A stretch of 58,681 nt of DNA from Candidatus Azambacteria bacterium (GTDB lineage Bacteria > Patescibacteriota > Minisyncoccia > GWC2-36-17 > M10-OD1-4): NCBI GenBank assembly GCA_027048495.1, contig JALTWS010000019.1, forward strand, positions 1 to 58,681. Direction: 5' to 3'. Positions 39,956-50,359 of the stretch are shown here, piece by piece (the first letter of the stretch is position 1; the number at the start of each line of letters is the position of its first letter). The translations under genes were made by a program, and so were the position numbers. The notes under the pieces are model-generated. The model did not search any database. It was given only the letters and a program-made list of their open reading frames with translations, and had not been told where the DNA came from.

Positions 39956-41278
39956 TTAGTCATTTTTTGAGAAAATTCTAATTCCTTTTAGCCATACAAA
40001 AAGTACGCTTGGCTTTTGAGTTATTGACCAAAGATAATAAAGCTCTATAAATTGTTTTGCTATCCAACCAAAAAATCCCGAAAAAACAAAAGGACCCCAT
40101 TTTGTTATTGCGTGTTTTCCTCCCACAGGGATAGAAAAAGAATAGTCTTTGTATTTGTATAATTTTTTTGGCTTTTTTAGTATTGAGTTTGCTATATTTT
40201 CTGCTGCTATTTTTGCTTGCTTTATTGCTACTTTTGCTGTTTGTGGAACAGGCTTTGATGTTTCAGGATTTAAAAAACAACTGTTGTCTCCTATTGCAAA
40301 AACATTGTTTTTTATATCAAGATGCTGATCTGGAAGGTAACACTTCATTAGCGGGTCGGTTTCTGCTCTTTGCCTTTTTTCTTTTGGTATGTTTAGGTTT
40401 TCCAACAGCTTATTTGCTCTTACTCCGCCTGACCATATTAATATATCATAATTTAATGTTTTTTTTGTTGGAGTAAAATTTTCTTCTGGTTGGTTTGGCA
40501 GGGGGAGCTGCTTTATATAAACTTTAAATTCATCAACTCCTTCTATAACAAAATTATTTATTGTTTTTATATTTAGTTTTTTTATTCTTTTTTGTGCTCT
40601 TTTAACTATGGTATGTTCAAATCCCGGAAGAATGTGGGGAGCTCCGTCAATTAGTGTTATGTCTTGTTTTACATTTTTTTTGTGTATTTTGTTAAGCTGT
40701 CTTATATAGCCTGAAAGTTCTGAGGCAAATTCAACGCCGTTTGGTCCAGATCCGCCAACTATTATTTTTAGTGTGCCGTTGTTGTCTTTAAGCAGGAACT
40801 CTTGCCTTATTTTGTTTCTTATTTTTATTGCGTCCGAAAGCCATTTTAGTGGGTAAGAGTATTTTTTTAATCCTTCTATGCCAAAATATTCCGGTTCTGC
40901 TCCTAAAGCTAAAACTAAATATTCAAAATCTAAGCTGGTGTTGTCGGTGAAGTATATTTTTTTGTTTTTTAAATCTATTTTTTCTACTTCTCCTTGAATA
41001 AACTTAATATATGTTTTTTTTATAATATCTTCTATTTTTGTAGTTATTACTTTTTTTAGCACTACTCCTGAAGCGTCTGCTTTTGCTGTTGTTGCAACTT
41101 CATACAATGACGGAGTATAAAGATGGTAGTTGTTTTTATCTACCAGCACTATATTGAAATCTTTTATTATTTTTTTGTTTATTTTTGCAATTTTGTTAAG
41201 ATGCAGGGCGCATTTTATACCTCCAAATCCAGAACCTAGTACAACTATGTTTTTTTTAATTTTTTTTGAGATTTTCAT
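39956..41278 (-). CDS. Type II NADH dehydrogenase-like FAD oxidoreductase
   Basis: GSGFGG, VGGSGPNGVE, FAIGD, PQTAKVA. Confidence 0.88.
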   Translation of the reverse strand: MKISKKIKKNIVVLGSGFGGIKCALHLNKIAKINKKIIKDFNIVLVDKNNYHLYTPSLYEVATTAKADASGVVLKKVITTKIEDIIKKTYIKFIQGEVEKIDLKNKKIYFTDNTSLDFEYLVLALGAEPEYFGIEGLKKYSYPLKWLSDAIKIRNKIRQEFLLKDNNGTLKIIVGGSGPNGVEFASELSGYIRQLNKIHKKNVKQDITLIDGAPHILPGFEHTIVKRAQKRIKKLNIKTINNFVIEGVDEFKVYIKQLPLPNQPEENFTPTKKTLNYDILIWSGGVRANKLLENLNIPKEKRQRAETDPLMKCYLPDQHLDIKNNVFAIGDNSCFLNPETSKPVPQTAKVAIKQAKIAAENIANSILKKPKKLYKYKDYSFSIPVGGKHAITKWGPFVFSGFFGWIAKQFIELYYLWSITQKPSVLFVWLKGIRIFSKND

Positions 41279-41356
41279 ATCAAAAACTAAGTTGTTAACA
41301 AGTAAATTTTAGCATTATTTGATTAAAAGTTGAAGTATGATAAAATTTATTACATC

Positions 41357-42523
41357 ATGAAGCTAAAAGAAGTAAAAGATGTTGATGTAAACAACAAGCG
41401 CGTTTTTTTACGGGTTGATTTTAATGTTTCAGTAAAAGATGGAAAGATTGAGGATGGGTTTAGAATAGAAAAAACTCTTCCGACAATAAATTATCTTTTG
41501 GATAACAATGCAAAACTAATAATAGCAGGACATCTTGGCAGGCCAAAAGGAAAAAAAGATAAAAGCCTTAGCATGAAAATTTTGGCAGATAAGCTCAAAG
41601 AGTACCTTAAAAAAGATGTTAAATTTTTTCCTGATTGTATTGGCGAGCTTGTTAAAAAAGAAGTTTCTTCTTTGAGTCCTGGAGAAGTTTTGATGCTTGA
41701 AAATTTAAGATTTTATCCGGGTGAAGAAGAAGATGACGATGATTTTGCAAAGGAGCTTGCGTCACTTGCAGAGGTTTATATAAACGATGCTTTTTCTGTT
41801 TCTCACAGAAAACATGCGTCTGTTCATAAAATAGCAAAATATTTACCATCTTATGCCGGATTTTTGATGCAAAAAGAGGTGGAAACTTTGCATAAAGTTT
41901 ATTTTGATCCTAAAAAACCTTTGGTTTTGGTTATGGGAGGGGCAAAAGCCCCAACGAAAGTTAAGCTTGTAAAAAGGTTTCTTTCAATTGCAGACCATAT
42001 TCTTTTGGGGGGGATAGTGTCAAATGTTATTTTAGATGCAAAAGGTATTTCAATAGGAAAATCTAAAGTAAGTGAGGAGATAAAAAAATGTACCAATGGG
42101 CTTGATCTGACTTCTCCAAAGCTTCATTTGCCGATAGATGTTGTTGTGGCAAACGATATTGACAATCCAAAAAAAGCAGATGTTGTTGCTGTTGGTTCTG
42201 TTGACGATAACCATATAATACTTGATGTTGGCCCAGAAACGGTGAAGCTTTTTTCTGATATTGTAAAAAATGCCAAAATGGTAGTATGGAACGGACCTTT
42301 GGGGTATTATGAATATGAAGAGTTTGCCAAAGGAACAGATGATTTTGCAGAGGCCTTGTGTAAAAGCAAAGCTTACAAAATTGTAGGCGGAGGAGAGTCA
42401 ATAGCGGCTTTGGATAAAATTGGAGATTTGGATAAAATTGATTTTGTGTCAACTGGAGGCGGAGCAATGCTTGAATTTTTGGCAGGAGAAGAAATGCCGG
42501 GAGTTGAGATATTAAAAGCTTAA
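41357..42523 (+). CDS. pgk: Phosphoglycerate kinase
   Basis: RVDFNV, HLGRP, LENLRF, STGGGA. Confidence 0.98.
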   Translation: MKLKEVKDVDVNNKRVFLRVDFNVSVKDGKIEDGFRIEKTLPTINYLLDNNAKLIIAGHLGRPKGKKDKSLSMKILADKLKEYLKKDVKFFPDCIGELVKKEVSSLSPGEVLMLENLRFYPGEEEDDDDFAKELASLAEVYINDAFSVSHRKHASVHKIAKYLPSYAGFLMQKEVETLHKVYFDPKKPLVLVMGGAKAPTKVKLVKRFLSIADHILLGGIVSNVILDAKGISIGKSKVSEEIKKCTNGLDLTSPKLHLPIDVVVANDIDNPKKADVVAVGSVDDNHIILDVGPETVKLFSDIVKNAKMVVWNGPLGYYEYEEFAKGTDDFAEALCKSKAYKIVGGGESIAALDKIGDLDKIDFVSTGGGAMLEFLAGEEMPGVEILKA

Positions 42524-42534
42524 ATTTTAAAAAT

Positions 42535-43530
42535 ATGGAAATATTTAATAACTATTTAGAACAAGCAAAAAACAAAGAAGCATCAGACATATATTTGGTG
42601 GCAGGCCAAAGACCGATGGCAAAAATCCATGGAACTTTAGAGCCTTTGGATAACAAAGAAGTTGACCAAGATTTACTTGCGGAGTTTGTGTTTAATATTT
42701 TACCGACAGATGAAGCAAGAGAAAAAGTAGCTCAGGGGTATGAGTTTGATGTAATTTATACCTTAAAAGACACAAGATACAGAACAAATATACACCTTCA
42801 GCAAGGTATGTTTGCCTTGTCTATCCGTATTATTGCAACCGAGATTCCAACTCCAGAGTTTTTAGGATTTCCTCCAGTTATCCATAAATTTGCCCAGCTT
42901 AAAAAGGGCTTAATATTGCTTACTGGATCTACCGCTTCTGGTAAATCTTCTGTTATTGCTGCTATTATAAATATGATAAACTCTGAAAAAAGGGCGCATA
43001 TTATAACAATTGAAGACCCAATAGAGTTTATATATCCCAAAAAACAAAGCATAATAGAACAAAGGCAAATCGGGCTTGACAGTCATTCTTTTTACGATGC
43101 TTTGCGAGCGTCTTTTAGGCAGGACCCTGATGTTATAATGATAGGAGAGTTAAGAGATTTGGAGACAATAGAAACTGCGCTGATGGCGGCAGAAACAGGG
43201 CATTTAGTTTTGGCAACCATTCACAGTTCTTCAACAGTTGAGGCTATTGGAAGAATAGTTAATATGTTTCCTGCTGTGCAGGCAAACCAAATTTTAAATC
43301 AGCTTGCAAGCAATTTAATTGCTGTTGTTTCAAGGGAGCTTTTGAAGAAAAAAGGAGGCGGAAGAATAGCGGCTTATGAGATTATGATAAACACACCTGC
43401 TGTATCTTCTTTGATAAGAGAGCATCGTCTTGCAAATATTTTTTCTGTTATGCAAATGGGAGCAAAAGACGGAATGATAACTATGGCGCAGTCAAAGGCA
43501 GAATTAAGATCGAAAAATTTAATAGAATAG
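42535..43530 (+). CDS. pilT: PilT/PilU-family type IV pilus retraction ATPase
   Basis: GSTASGKS, TIEDPIE, RQDPDVIMIGELRD, ETGHLV. Confidence 0.92.
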   Translation: MEIFNNYLEQAKNKEASDIYLVAGQRPMAKIHGTLEPLDNKEVDQDLLAEFVFNILPTDEAREKVAQGYEFDVIYTLKDTRYRTNIHLQQGMFALSIRIIATEIPTPEFLGFPPVIHKFAQLKKGLILLTGSTASGKSSVIAAIINMINSEKRAHIITIEDPIEFIYPKKQSIIEQRQIGLDSHSFYDALRASFRQDPDVIMIGELRDLETIETALMAAETGHLVLATIHSSSTVEAIGRIVNMFPAVQANQILNQLASNLIAVVSRELLKKKGGGRIAAYEIMINTPAVSSLIREHRLANIFSVMQMGAKDGMITMAQSKAELRSKNLIE

Positions 43531-43536
43531 CCTAAA

Positions 43537-45318
43537 ATGCAAAATAACAAAACAGCAACAGGAAAGTTATGGAGGATTGAAAAAAGCGCTCCGGAAAGTA
43601 TTTTTGATGTTTTGGACCAATATCCTAAAGTTATAGCACAGCTTTTGTACAACAGAGGCATAAAAACAAAAAAAGAAGCGGAGCAGTTTTTCAATCCTGA
43701 TTATGACAAGGATCTTTTAGATCCTTTTTTGATTTATGATTTGAAAAAAGCAACAGAAAGAATAATAAAAGCGGCAGAAAACAAAGAAAGGATAGTTATA
43801 TATCATGACTATGATGCGGACGGAGTTTGCGGTTCGGTAATTTTGGCATCAACCTTAAAAGAGTTAGGTGTAAGCTTCAAAACTTATACTCCCGACAGGC
43901 AAAAAGAAGGATACGGACTTAACAAATCCGCTATTTTGGATTTAGTAAAAAACGGAGTTGATCTTTTAATAACAGTTGATTGCGGAATTACCAATGCGCA
44001 AGAAGTTGATATTTTAAATGATAACAATGTTGATGTAATAATAGTTGACCATCATATTCAGTCAGATGTTTTGCCAAAAGCTTTTGCTGTTGTAAATCCA
44101 AAACAAAAAGCTTGCGGATATGAGTTCAAAGATTTGTGCGCGGCCGCTGTTGTTTTTAAGCTGTGCTCTGCTCTTTTACATTCTGATTTTGGCAAAAAAA
44201 GAGGAATTAAAAATGGGTTTGAAAAATGGCTTTTGGATTTGGTTGCAACAGCCACCATTGCTGATATGATGCCTCTTTTGGGAGAGAACAGAACGCTTGT
44301 AAAATACGGGCTTTTGGTTGTAAAAAAGACAAAAAGGCCCGGGCTTAAAAAGCTCATTTTAGAATCTGAAAAATTTAAAAACGGAGTTGATTCAACTTTT
44401 TTGGCATTTCAAGTTGCTCCAAAAATAAATGCAACTTCAAGAATGACCCATGCTTCTGTCTCTTATGAGCTTTTGTCAACAGAAAGTGAAAAAAAAGCAG
44501 AAGAGCTTTTTTTGTTGGTAAAAAAAGCAAATGACGACAGGAGGAAATTTGTTGAAGAAGCAACAAAAGAAGCTATTTTTTGGATAGAAAAGGATGCAGA
44601 AAGAAAGGGAAAGTTAGACGACGTGATAGTGATAGGAGATGACAAATGGACTCCGGGTATAGTAGGTCTTGTGGCAAGCAAAATTACAGAAAAATATGCA
44701 AGGCCGTCTTTTGTTTACGGAAGGGTTGGAAATGTATTTAAAGGCTCCTGCAGGGGTGTGGATGGATTTGATATAGTAAACGCAATGTCAGAGTGCGCCA
44801 AAAAAGACAAAAGCATATTCAAAGCGTTTGGAGGACACAAAGGAGCGGGAGGATTTTCCATTTATGAAAAAAAGATAGATGATTTCAAAAAACTGATTAT
44901 TGAAGTTTCAGAGCCAAAGCTTAGAAGTTTGAAGCTTGAACCAACTTTGAAAATAGAAGCTAAAGTTTTGCCAGAAGATATAAACTGGGAAACCTTGGAT
45001 TTTTTGCTTAAATTTGAGCCTTTTGGGCAAAAAAATCCAAAGCCTTTGCTTTTTTCTGAGGGTCTTGAGATTTCTGACATTAAAATTGTTGGGAATGGGA
45101 GCAAGCATTTGAAATTAAAGTTAAAAGCAAAAACACAAGATAGAAAGTTAAAATTTTTTGATGCGGTTGGTTTTGGGCTGGGAGACTTTTATGAAAAAAT
45201 TAAGAAGGGTGATAAAATGGATATTGTGTTTGAGATGGACGCAAACGAGTGGCAGGGAAGAAAGGAGCTTCAGTTAAATATAAGAGATTTAAGGTTAACA
45301 TATAATGATATAAATTAA
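43537..45318 (+). CDS. recJ: ssDNA exonuclease RecJ
   Basis: DYDADG, TVDCG, DHH, FGGH. Confidence 0.96.
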   Translation: MQNNKTATGKLWRIEKSAPESIFDVLDQYPKVIAQLLYNRGIKTKKEAEQFFNPDYDKDLLDPFLIYDLKKATERIIKAAENKERIVIYHDYDADGVCGSVILASTLKELGVSFKTYTPDRQKEGYGLNKSAILDLVKNGVDLLITVDCGITNAQEVDILNDNNVDVIIVDHHIQSDVLPKAFAVVNPKQKACGYEFKDLCAAAVVFKLCSALLHSDFGKKRGIKNGFEKWLLDLVATATIADMMPLLGENRTLVKYGLLVVKKTKRPGLKKLILESEKFKNGVDSTFLAFQVAPKINATSRMTHASVSYELLSTESEKKAEELFLLVKKANDDRRKFVEEATKEAIFWIEKDAERKGKLDDVIVIGDDKWTPGIVGLVASKITEKYARPSFVYGRVGNVFKGSCRGVDGFDIVNAMSECAKKDKSIFKAFGGHKGAGGFSIYEKKIDDFKKLIIEVSEPKLRSLKLEPTLKIEAKVLPEDINWETLDFLLKFEPFGQKNPKPLLFSEGLEISDIKIVGNGSKHLKLKLKAKTQDRKLKFFDAVGFGLGDFYEKIKKGDKMDIVFEMDANEWQGRKELQLNIRDLRLTYNDIN

Positions 45319-45380
45319 ACTTTCTGTTAAAATAACATTTTTTAACTTGCTTTTCATTGCCTGTGCAAAAAACGGTAAAT

Positions 45381-45480
45381 TCTTTTTTTAAAATCGTTTA
45401 CTCTATGATGCGCTCACTGCCTTGAATTTTTCAAGGTCTGCGATTCCGTTAACACGTCGTAAACGATTTTAGAAAAAAGA
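45381..45480. repeat. 100-bp inverted-repeat element
   Basis: About 21-bp arms ...taaaatcgtttac/gtaaacgatttta...; inner ccttgaa/ttcaagg hairpin. Confidence 0.65.
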
Positions 45481-45528
45481 GATTCAATATTATTTTAAAT
45501 TCAAATTTAATTTATTAATACAAATAAA

Positions 45529-45945
45529 ATGAATAAATTAATAATATATACAGACGGCGGGTCCAGAGGAAATCCGGGTCCCTCTGCCATAGGGGTGGTT
45601 ATAAAAGATGAAAAAGAAAACACCATAAAAACTTATGGTGAAAAGATCGGTACAGCAACAAACAATGAAGCGGAATACAAAGCAATAATATTTGCTTTGC
45701 AAAAAGCAAAACTGCTTTTGGGCAAAAAAAAGGCAAAAGAGACGGAAGTTCATGTCAAGATGGATTCAGAGCTTGCTTTTAAACAATTAACAGGGGAGTA
45801 CAAGCTGACAAACGAAAATATTCAAAAGTTTTTTATAGAGATTCACAACCTAAAAACAGAATTTAAAAAAGTTACATTTGAACATATAAAAAGAGAATAC
45901 AACAAAGAGGCAGATGCCGCACTAAACAAAGCTCTAGACAGTTAA
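45529..45945 (+). CDS. rnhA: Ribonuclease HI family
   Basis: YTDGGSRGNPG, TNNEAEY, DSEL, REYNKEAD. Confidence 0.92.
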   Translation: MNKLIIYTDGGSRGNPGPSAIGVVIKDEKENTIKTYGEKIGTATNNEAEYKAIIFALQKAKLLLGKKKAKETEVHVKMDSELAFKQLTGEYKLTNENIQKFFIEIHNLKTEFKKVTFEHIKREYNKEADAALNKALDS

Positions 45946-45974
45946 TTTTTATTTGTTTATTTTATTTGTTAAAA

Positions 45975-46166
45975 ATGAAAAGGCGACCACAGATGTGGGT
46001 CGCCTTGGTTATAAAAGGATTTTTGTAATTTTCCCCCGTCAGGGGGCATCTCGGGCATTGTAGCCCATGTTCACCTCCTTGCCCCTCTGGGGCGTAGTTG
46101 CCCCCGCTTGGTTTATTCCCCGGGGGCGGACGTTAACTCATATTCCCCAGGCCCATCCTGAAGAAC
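45975..46166 (-). ncRNA. Candidate GC-rich structured small RNA (may encode 9-aa peptide MGYNARDAP, 46068-46039)
   Basis: TTGACA-17-TAAGGT promoter, five GC hairpins, AAGGAGGTGA, terminator aaggcgacc/ggtcgcctt-TTTT. Confidence 0.6.
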
Positions 46167-46172
46167 ACTTTT

Positions 46173-46223
46173 ACCTTATCATGTTTTAAAATACTTGTCA
46201 AGTATTTTTTTGTGTGGTATAAT
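46173..46223. promoter_or_regulatory. Divergent sigma70 promoters sharing a palindromic -35 region
   Basis: + TTGTCA-17-TATAAT; - TTGACA-17-TAAGGT; aaaatacttgtcaagtatttt. Confidence 0.75.
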
Positions 46224-46238
46224 AAGTCCAGCTTTTTG

Positions 46239-46649
46239 AAAACAGATCAAGGCAAAAAGCGCAATCGCCTGAGCTTTTTTAAAAAAGCAGGGGAGGAAAG
46301 TCCGGACACCTATTTTCGCTTTTTGCGAAATAAACGCAGCGGCTAACGGCCGTCGCACTAGCAGTCAGGCACTAGTTGCTGGTTGCTGGTGTAGAGGTGC
46401 GAACAGAGACGCCACGAGCCGAAAGGCAAGTGGGCTCCAACTTGGAGTAGTCCTTGTGGCAACACAAGGGGTGAAACGGCTAAATCCTTGCGGGGTGCAA
46501 GACAGTATCCTGGCGCCTTTTGTTTTTACAAAAAAGGTGCTGGGGGTGGTCGCATGAGCTTGCCAGTAATGGCAAGCCAAGATAAATGATTGCGGCTTTG
46601 CGTCAGCAAAGTACAGAATCCGGCTTACATTTTTGTCTTGATCTGTTTT
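46239..46649 (+). ncRNA. rnpB: RNase P RNA
   Basis: GAGGAAAGTCCGG...ACAGAATCCGGCTTA signatures; P1 aaacagatcaaggcaaaa/ttttgtcttgatctgttt. Confidence 0.96.
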
Positions 46650-46654
46650 GATGC

Positions 46655-46692
46655 AAAAAACAGGGGTTATGCTCCTGTTTTTTGCTTTTTTT
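46655..46692 (+). terminator. Terminator of rnpB
   Basis: aaaaaacagggg/ctcctgtttttt. Confidence 0.75.
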
Positions 46693-46749
46693 GGCACTTT
46701 TCTTTTTTTGAAAAATTCTATATGATAGCTATATATTAATTTTTTGCTT

Positions 46750-48135
46750 ATGAAAAAATCACAGTTGTTTTTTACTGTTATTTTGGTTCCGCTTGATTTT
46801 TTAATGCTTGTTTTGGCGGCTGTATCTGCTTATGCTTTAAGGACAAGCGAGTTTGTTTCCAACTTGCGTCCGGTTTTGTTTTTTGAGCATTTGCCTTTTG
46901 AGAGATATATGTCTTTGTCTTTGGAAGTTGCTCCTTTTTGGATTTTAATATTTGCTTTGCTTGGGCTTTATAAAGTAAACAGAAAAAAGATGCTGGAAGA
47001 ATTTTTTCAGATAATTTCTGCGGTTTCTTTGGCTATGATGGCTGTTATCGTTTATATATTTTTGCAAAGCGAACAGTTTGATTCCAGATTTATAATTTTA
47101 GCGGTTTGGTTTTTTTCCATATTGTACCTTACTTTGGGAAGGCTTTTGGTTAGAAAAATACAAAAATATCTTATGGTTAAGTTTGATATTGGAGCTTACA
47201 AAGCTATTGTTATCGGATCTGACAAGATATCAGAGATGCTGGCAAGGCAAATGAAGCAAAAGCCTGCTTTGGGCTTTAGGGTTGTCAATAAGATTTCAAA
47301 TTTTGACTTAAATTACATAAAAAAAATTGTTCTTGAAAAAGGAATAGACACTGTTGTTGTTGGCCAGTCAGATTATCCGGCTTATGATATGGTTGATCTG
47401 GCTGAGTTTTGCCAAGAAAACAGGGTAAATTTTAGGTTTGCCCCCACATTGTTTCAATCTTTGACTACAAACATAAATGTTGATACTCTTTCTGGAATTC
47501 AGCTTATGGAATTAAAATATACTCCTTTGGACGGATGGGGCAGAGTTATAAAAAGGACAGTTGATATTTTTGGTTCTGTTTTTGGCATTGTTGTTTTGTT
47601 TCCGTTTTTTGTTGTTCTGGGGATTATAATAAAGCTTGACTCAAAAGGGCCTGTGTTTGTCAGGTTAAAAAGAGTTACCCAAGGCAAGGAGTTTTATCTA
47701 TATAAATTCAGATCAATGGTGGACGGGGCAGAAAAGATGAAAAAAGATCTTATAAAAAACAACGAAAGAAAAGACGGACCGTTATTTAAAATAAAAAATG
47801 ATCCTCGTATAACAAGAGTTGGCAGGTTTATAAGAAAAACAAGAATAGACGAGCTTCCTCAACTTTTTAATGTTTTTTTGGGCCAGATGAGTCTTGTTGG
47901 TCCAAGGCCTCATCAACCAGATGAAGTTGCCCAATACGAAAGGCGCCACAAAAAAGTTCTTGCCATTAAGGCAGGAATGACAGGTATGGCTCAGGTTTCC
48001 GGATCTTCCGATTTGCCTTTTGAAGAAGAGATAAAACTGGATTTGTATTATATAGAAAACTGGTCTTTGTTTTTGGATATAAAGATTCTGTTAAGGACAT
48101 TTTTAATTTTATTTAAGGACAAATCGGCTTGTTAA
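46750..48135 (+). CDS. Priming polyprenyl-phosphate sugar transferase (WcaJ/WbaP-like)
   Basis: KFRSM, DPRITRVG, DELPQL.NV, MSLVGPRP. Confidence 0.95.
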   Translation: MKKSQLFFTVILVPLDFLMLVLAAVSAYALRTSEFVSNLRPVLFFEHLPFERYMSLSLEVAPFWILIFALLGLYKVNRKKMLEEFFQIISAVSLAMMAVIVYIFLQSEQFDSRFIILAVWFFSILYLTLGRLLVRKIQKYLMVKFDIGAYKAIVIGSDKISEMLARQMKQKPALGFRVVNKISNFDLNYIKKIVLEKGIDTVVVGQSDYPAYDMVDLAEFCQENRVNFRFAPTLFQSLTTNINVDTLSGIQLMELKYTPLDGWGRVIKRTVDIFGSVFGIVVLFPFFVVLGIIIKLDSKGPVFVRLKRVTQGKEFYLYKFRSMVDGAEKMKKDLIKNNERKDGPLFKIKNDPRITRVGRFIRKTRIDELPQLFNVFLGQMSLVGPRPHQPDEVAQYERRHKKVLAIKAGMTGMAQVSGSSDLPFEEEIKLDLYYIENWSLFLDIKILLRTFLILFKDKSAC

Positions 48136-48149
48136 ACATAAATTAAAAT

Positions 48150-49235
48150 ATGAAAGTTGCATTGGTACATGACTATTTAACCCAATACGGAGGAGCAGAA
48201 AGGGTGCTTGAGGCGCTTTGTGAGATATTTCCCAAAGCTCCGATATATACTTTGATTTACGACAAAAAGCTTATTGACAGAAAATTTCCCAAAAGAAAAA
48301 TTTACTCTTCCTTTTTGCAAAAAGTACCTTTTGCAAAAAAACATCACAGAAGCTTTTTGGTCCTTATGCCTTTTGCTATTGAGCAGTTTGACCTTTCTGG
48401 TTATGATTTGGTTATTTCCGATTCTGCTTCATACGCAAAGGGAGTAATAACTACTCCAAATACCAAGCATATTTGCTATTGTCATACTCCTACCCGTTAT
48501 GCTTGGGATGATTCTCATAAGTATATAAGAGATTTTCCTTTTCCAGAATTTGTAAAAAAGCTTATACCTTATTTTATGACTTACATAAGAACTTGGGATT
48601 TTCAGGCTTCCCAAAGGCCTGATTTTTACATAGCAAACTCTAACTTTGTTGCAAAAAGGATAAAAAAATACTACAAAAAAAAAGCAGTTGTTGTCCATCC
48701 GCCGGTTGATATTGATAAATTTTCTTTATCTTCTGAGAAAGGAGAATATTTTTTGATGGTAGGGAGACTTTTGTCTTATAAAAGGTTTGACCTTGGGGTT
48801 TTGGCTTTTTCTGAGCTTGGACTGCCTCTTAAAATTGTCGGAGACGGTCCAGAAAGAAAAAAATTACAAAAAATAGCTTCAAAAAACATAGAATTTTTAG
48901 GAGCTTTGAATGACAAAGAGCTAAAAAAATGCTACCAAAAAGCAAAGGCGTTAATTTTTCCCCAAGAAGAGGATTTTGGCATAGTTCCTTTGGAAGCTAT
49001 GGCATGCGGGAAGCCGGTTTTAGCATACAAAAAAGGGGGAGCAAAAGAAACGGTTATTGAAGATATAACAGGAATGTTTTTTGAAAAACAAACGACAAAA
49101 GATTTAATAGATGTGGTAAACAGGTTTGAAAACAAAAAATTTGATCCAAAAAAAATAAGGCAACATGCAGAAAAATTTAACAAAAGCATTTTTAAAGAAA
49201 AAATAATAAAAACAATAAATGAAAATAGGATTTGA
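48150..49235 (+). CDS. GT4 glycosyltransferase
   Basis: [20 protein letters not shown]. Confidence 0.93.
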   Translation: MKVALVHDYLTQYGGAERVLEALCEIFPKAPIYTLIYDKKLIDRKFPKRKIYSSFLQKVPFAKKHHRSFLVLMPFAIEQFDLSGYDLVISDSASYAKGVITTPNTKHICYCHTPTRYAWDDSHKYIRDFPFPEFVKKLIPYFMTYIRTWDFQASQRPDFYIANSNFVAKRIKKYYKKKAVVVHPPVDIDKFSLSSEKGEYFLMVGRLLSYKRFDLGVLAFSELGLPLKIVGDGPERKKLQKIASKNIEFLGALNDKELKKCYQKAKALIFPQEEDFGIVPLEAMACGKPVLAYKKGGAKETVIEDITGMFFEKQTTKDLIDVVNRFENKKFDPKKIRQHAEKFNKSIFKEKIIKTINENRI

Positions 49236-50340
49236 TTTAAGAACAATAGCAAAAGGAAGGCGCACAGGCATTGAGGAGTATACACTAAATATTTTACAAG
49301 AACTTTTAAAGTCAAAAGAGGACGAGTTCTTGCTTTTTTATAATGCTTTTTTAAAAAGCCAAGTTCCAAAATTTATTTTAAAAAGAAAAAATGCAAAACT
49401 GTTTGATTTTAATGTTCCAGATAAGTTGGTTGGATTTTTTTCTTTTTTTTCTCAGCCTAAAGTAGATGACATTTTGGGAGGGACAGATGTATTTTTCTCT
49501 CCTCATTTTATGTCTTCTTATGTGAAAAAGAGCAAAAAGGTGGTGGTTTTTCATGATCTTTCTTTTTTGTATTATCCTGAGTTTTTTTCTTTTAAGAAAA
49601 GATATTGGCATTTTTTACAAAACCCAAAAAAACAGGCAAAAAACGCTGATATGATAATAACTGTATCAGAATCTACCAAGTTTGATATTGTAGAATTTTA
49701 TAAAATAGAAGAGAAGAAAATTAAGGTTATATATCCGGGAGTAAACAGGAATTTTAAGCCTCTTTTTAAAAATGAAATTTTGGAAAGTGTCAGGAAAAAA
49801 TATGATCTTCCAGAAAGGTTTATTTTGTATTTTGGAACAATAGAGCCAAGAAAAAATATAGAAGGAATAATATCTGCGTTTGAAAAGGTAAGAGAAAAGG
49901 AAAAAATAAGCTTGGTTTTGGCAGGGACATTTGGTTGGCTTTTTGATGATATTTTAAACAAGGCAAAAAATTCAAAATTCAAAAACGATATTGTTTTTAC
50001 AGGATTTGTAAATCAAAATGACAAAGTACATATTTATAATATGGCAGAGTTGTTTTTATATCCGAGCTTTTTTGAGGGTTTTGGAATGCCTCCGCTTGAG
50101 GCTATGGCGTGTGGTGTTCCTGCAATAGTTTCAAACTGTTCCTCTATGCCGGAAGTTGTAGGAGACTCTGCTGTTTTGGTAAATCCTTACAACGAAAATG
50201 AAATAGCCCAAGCAATTCTTGCCATTTTAAAAGATGAAAAATTAAAAAAAACATTTAAAGAAAAGGGAATCTTAAGATCAAAAAAATTCAGTTGGGAAAA
50301 AGCAGGAAAAGAAACTTTAAAGGTTTTAAAAAGCGTTTAG
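49219..50340 (+). CDS. GT4 glycosyltransferase
   Basis: [19 protein letters not shown]. Confidence 0.93.
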   Translation: MKIGFDLRTIAKGRRTGIEEYTLNILQELLKSKEDEFLLFYNAFLKSQVPKFILKRKNAKLFDFNVPDKLVGFFSFFSQPKVDDILGGTDVFFSPHFMSSYVKKSKKVVVFHDLSFLYYPEFFSFKKRYWHFLQNPKKQAKNADMIITVSESTKFDIVEFYKIEEKKIKVIYPGVNRNFKPLFKNEILESVRKKYDLPERFILYFGTIEPRKNIEGIISAFEKVREKEKISLVLAGTFGWLFDDILNKAKNSKFKNDIVFTGFVNQNDKVHIYNMAELFLYPSFFEGFGMPPLEAMACGVPAIVSNCSSMPEVVGDSAVLVNPYNENEIAQAILAILKDEKLKKTFKEKGILRSKKFSWEKAGKETLKVLKSV

Positions 50341-50359
50341 CTTTTGTTATAATCAACTT

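Noticed and set aside
46009-46041. UGA read-through (Sec or code 25) of the 9-codon ORF
   Set aside because: TGA is used as stop elsewhere (8885, 17381, 20102) and no conserved gene has in-frame TGA; extension is unremarkable
46365-46697. 110-aa minus-strand ORF
   Set aside because: Antisense to RNase P RNA; open by chance in GC-rich sequence
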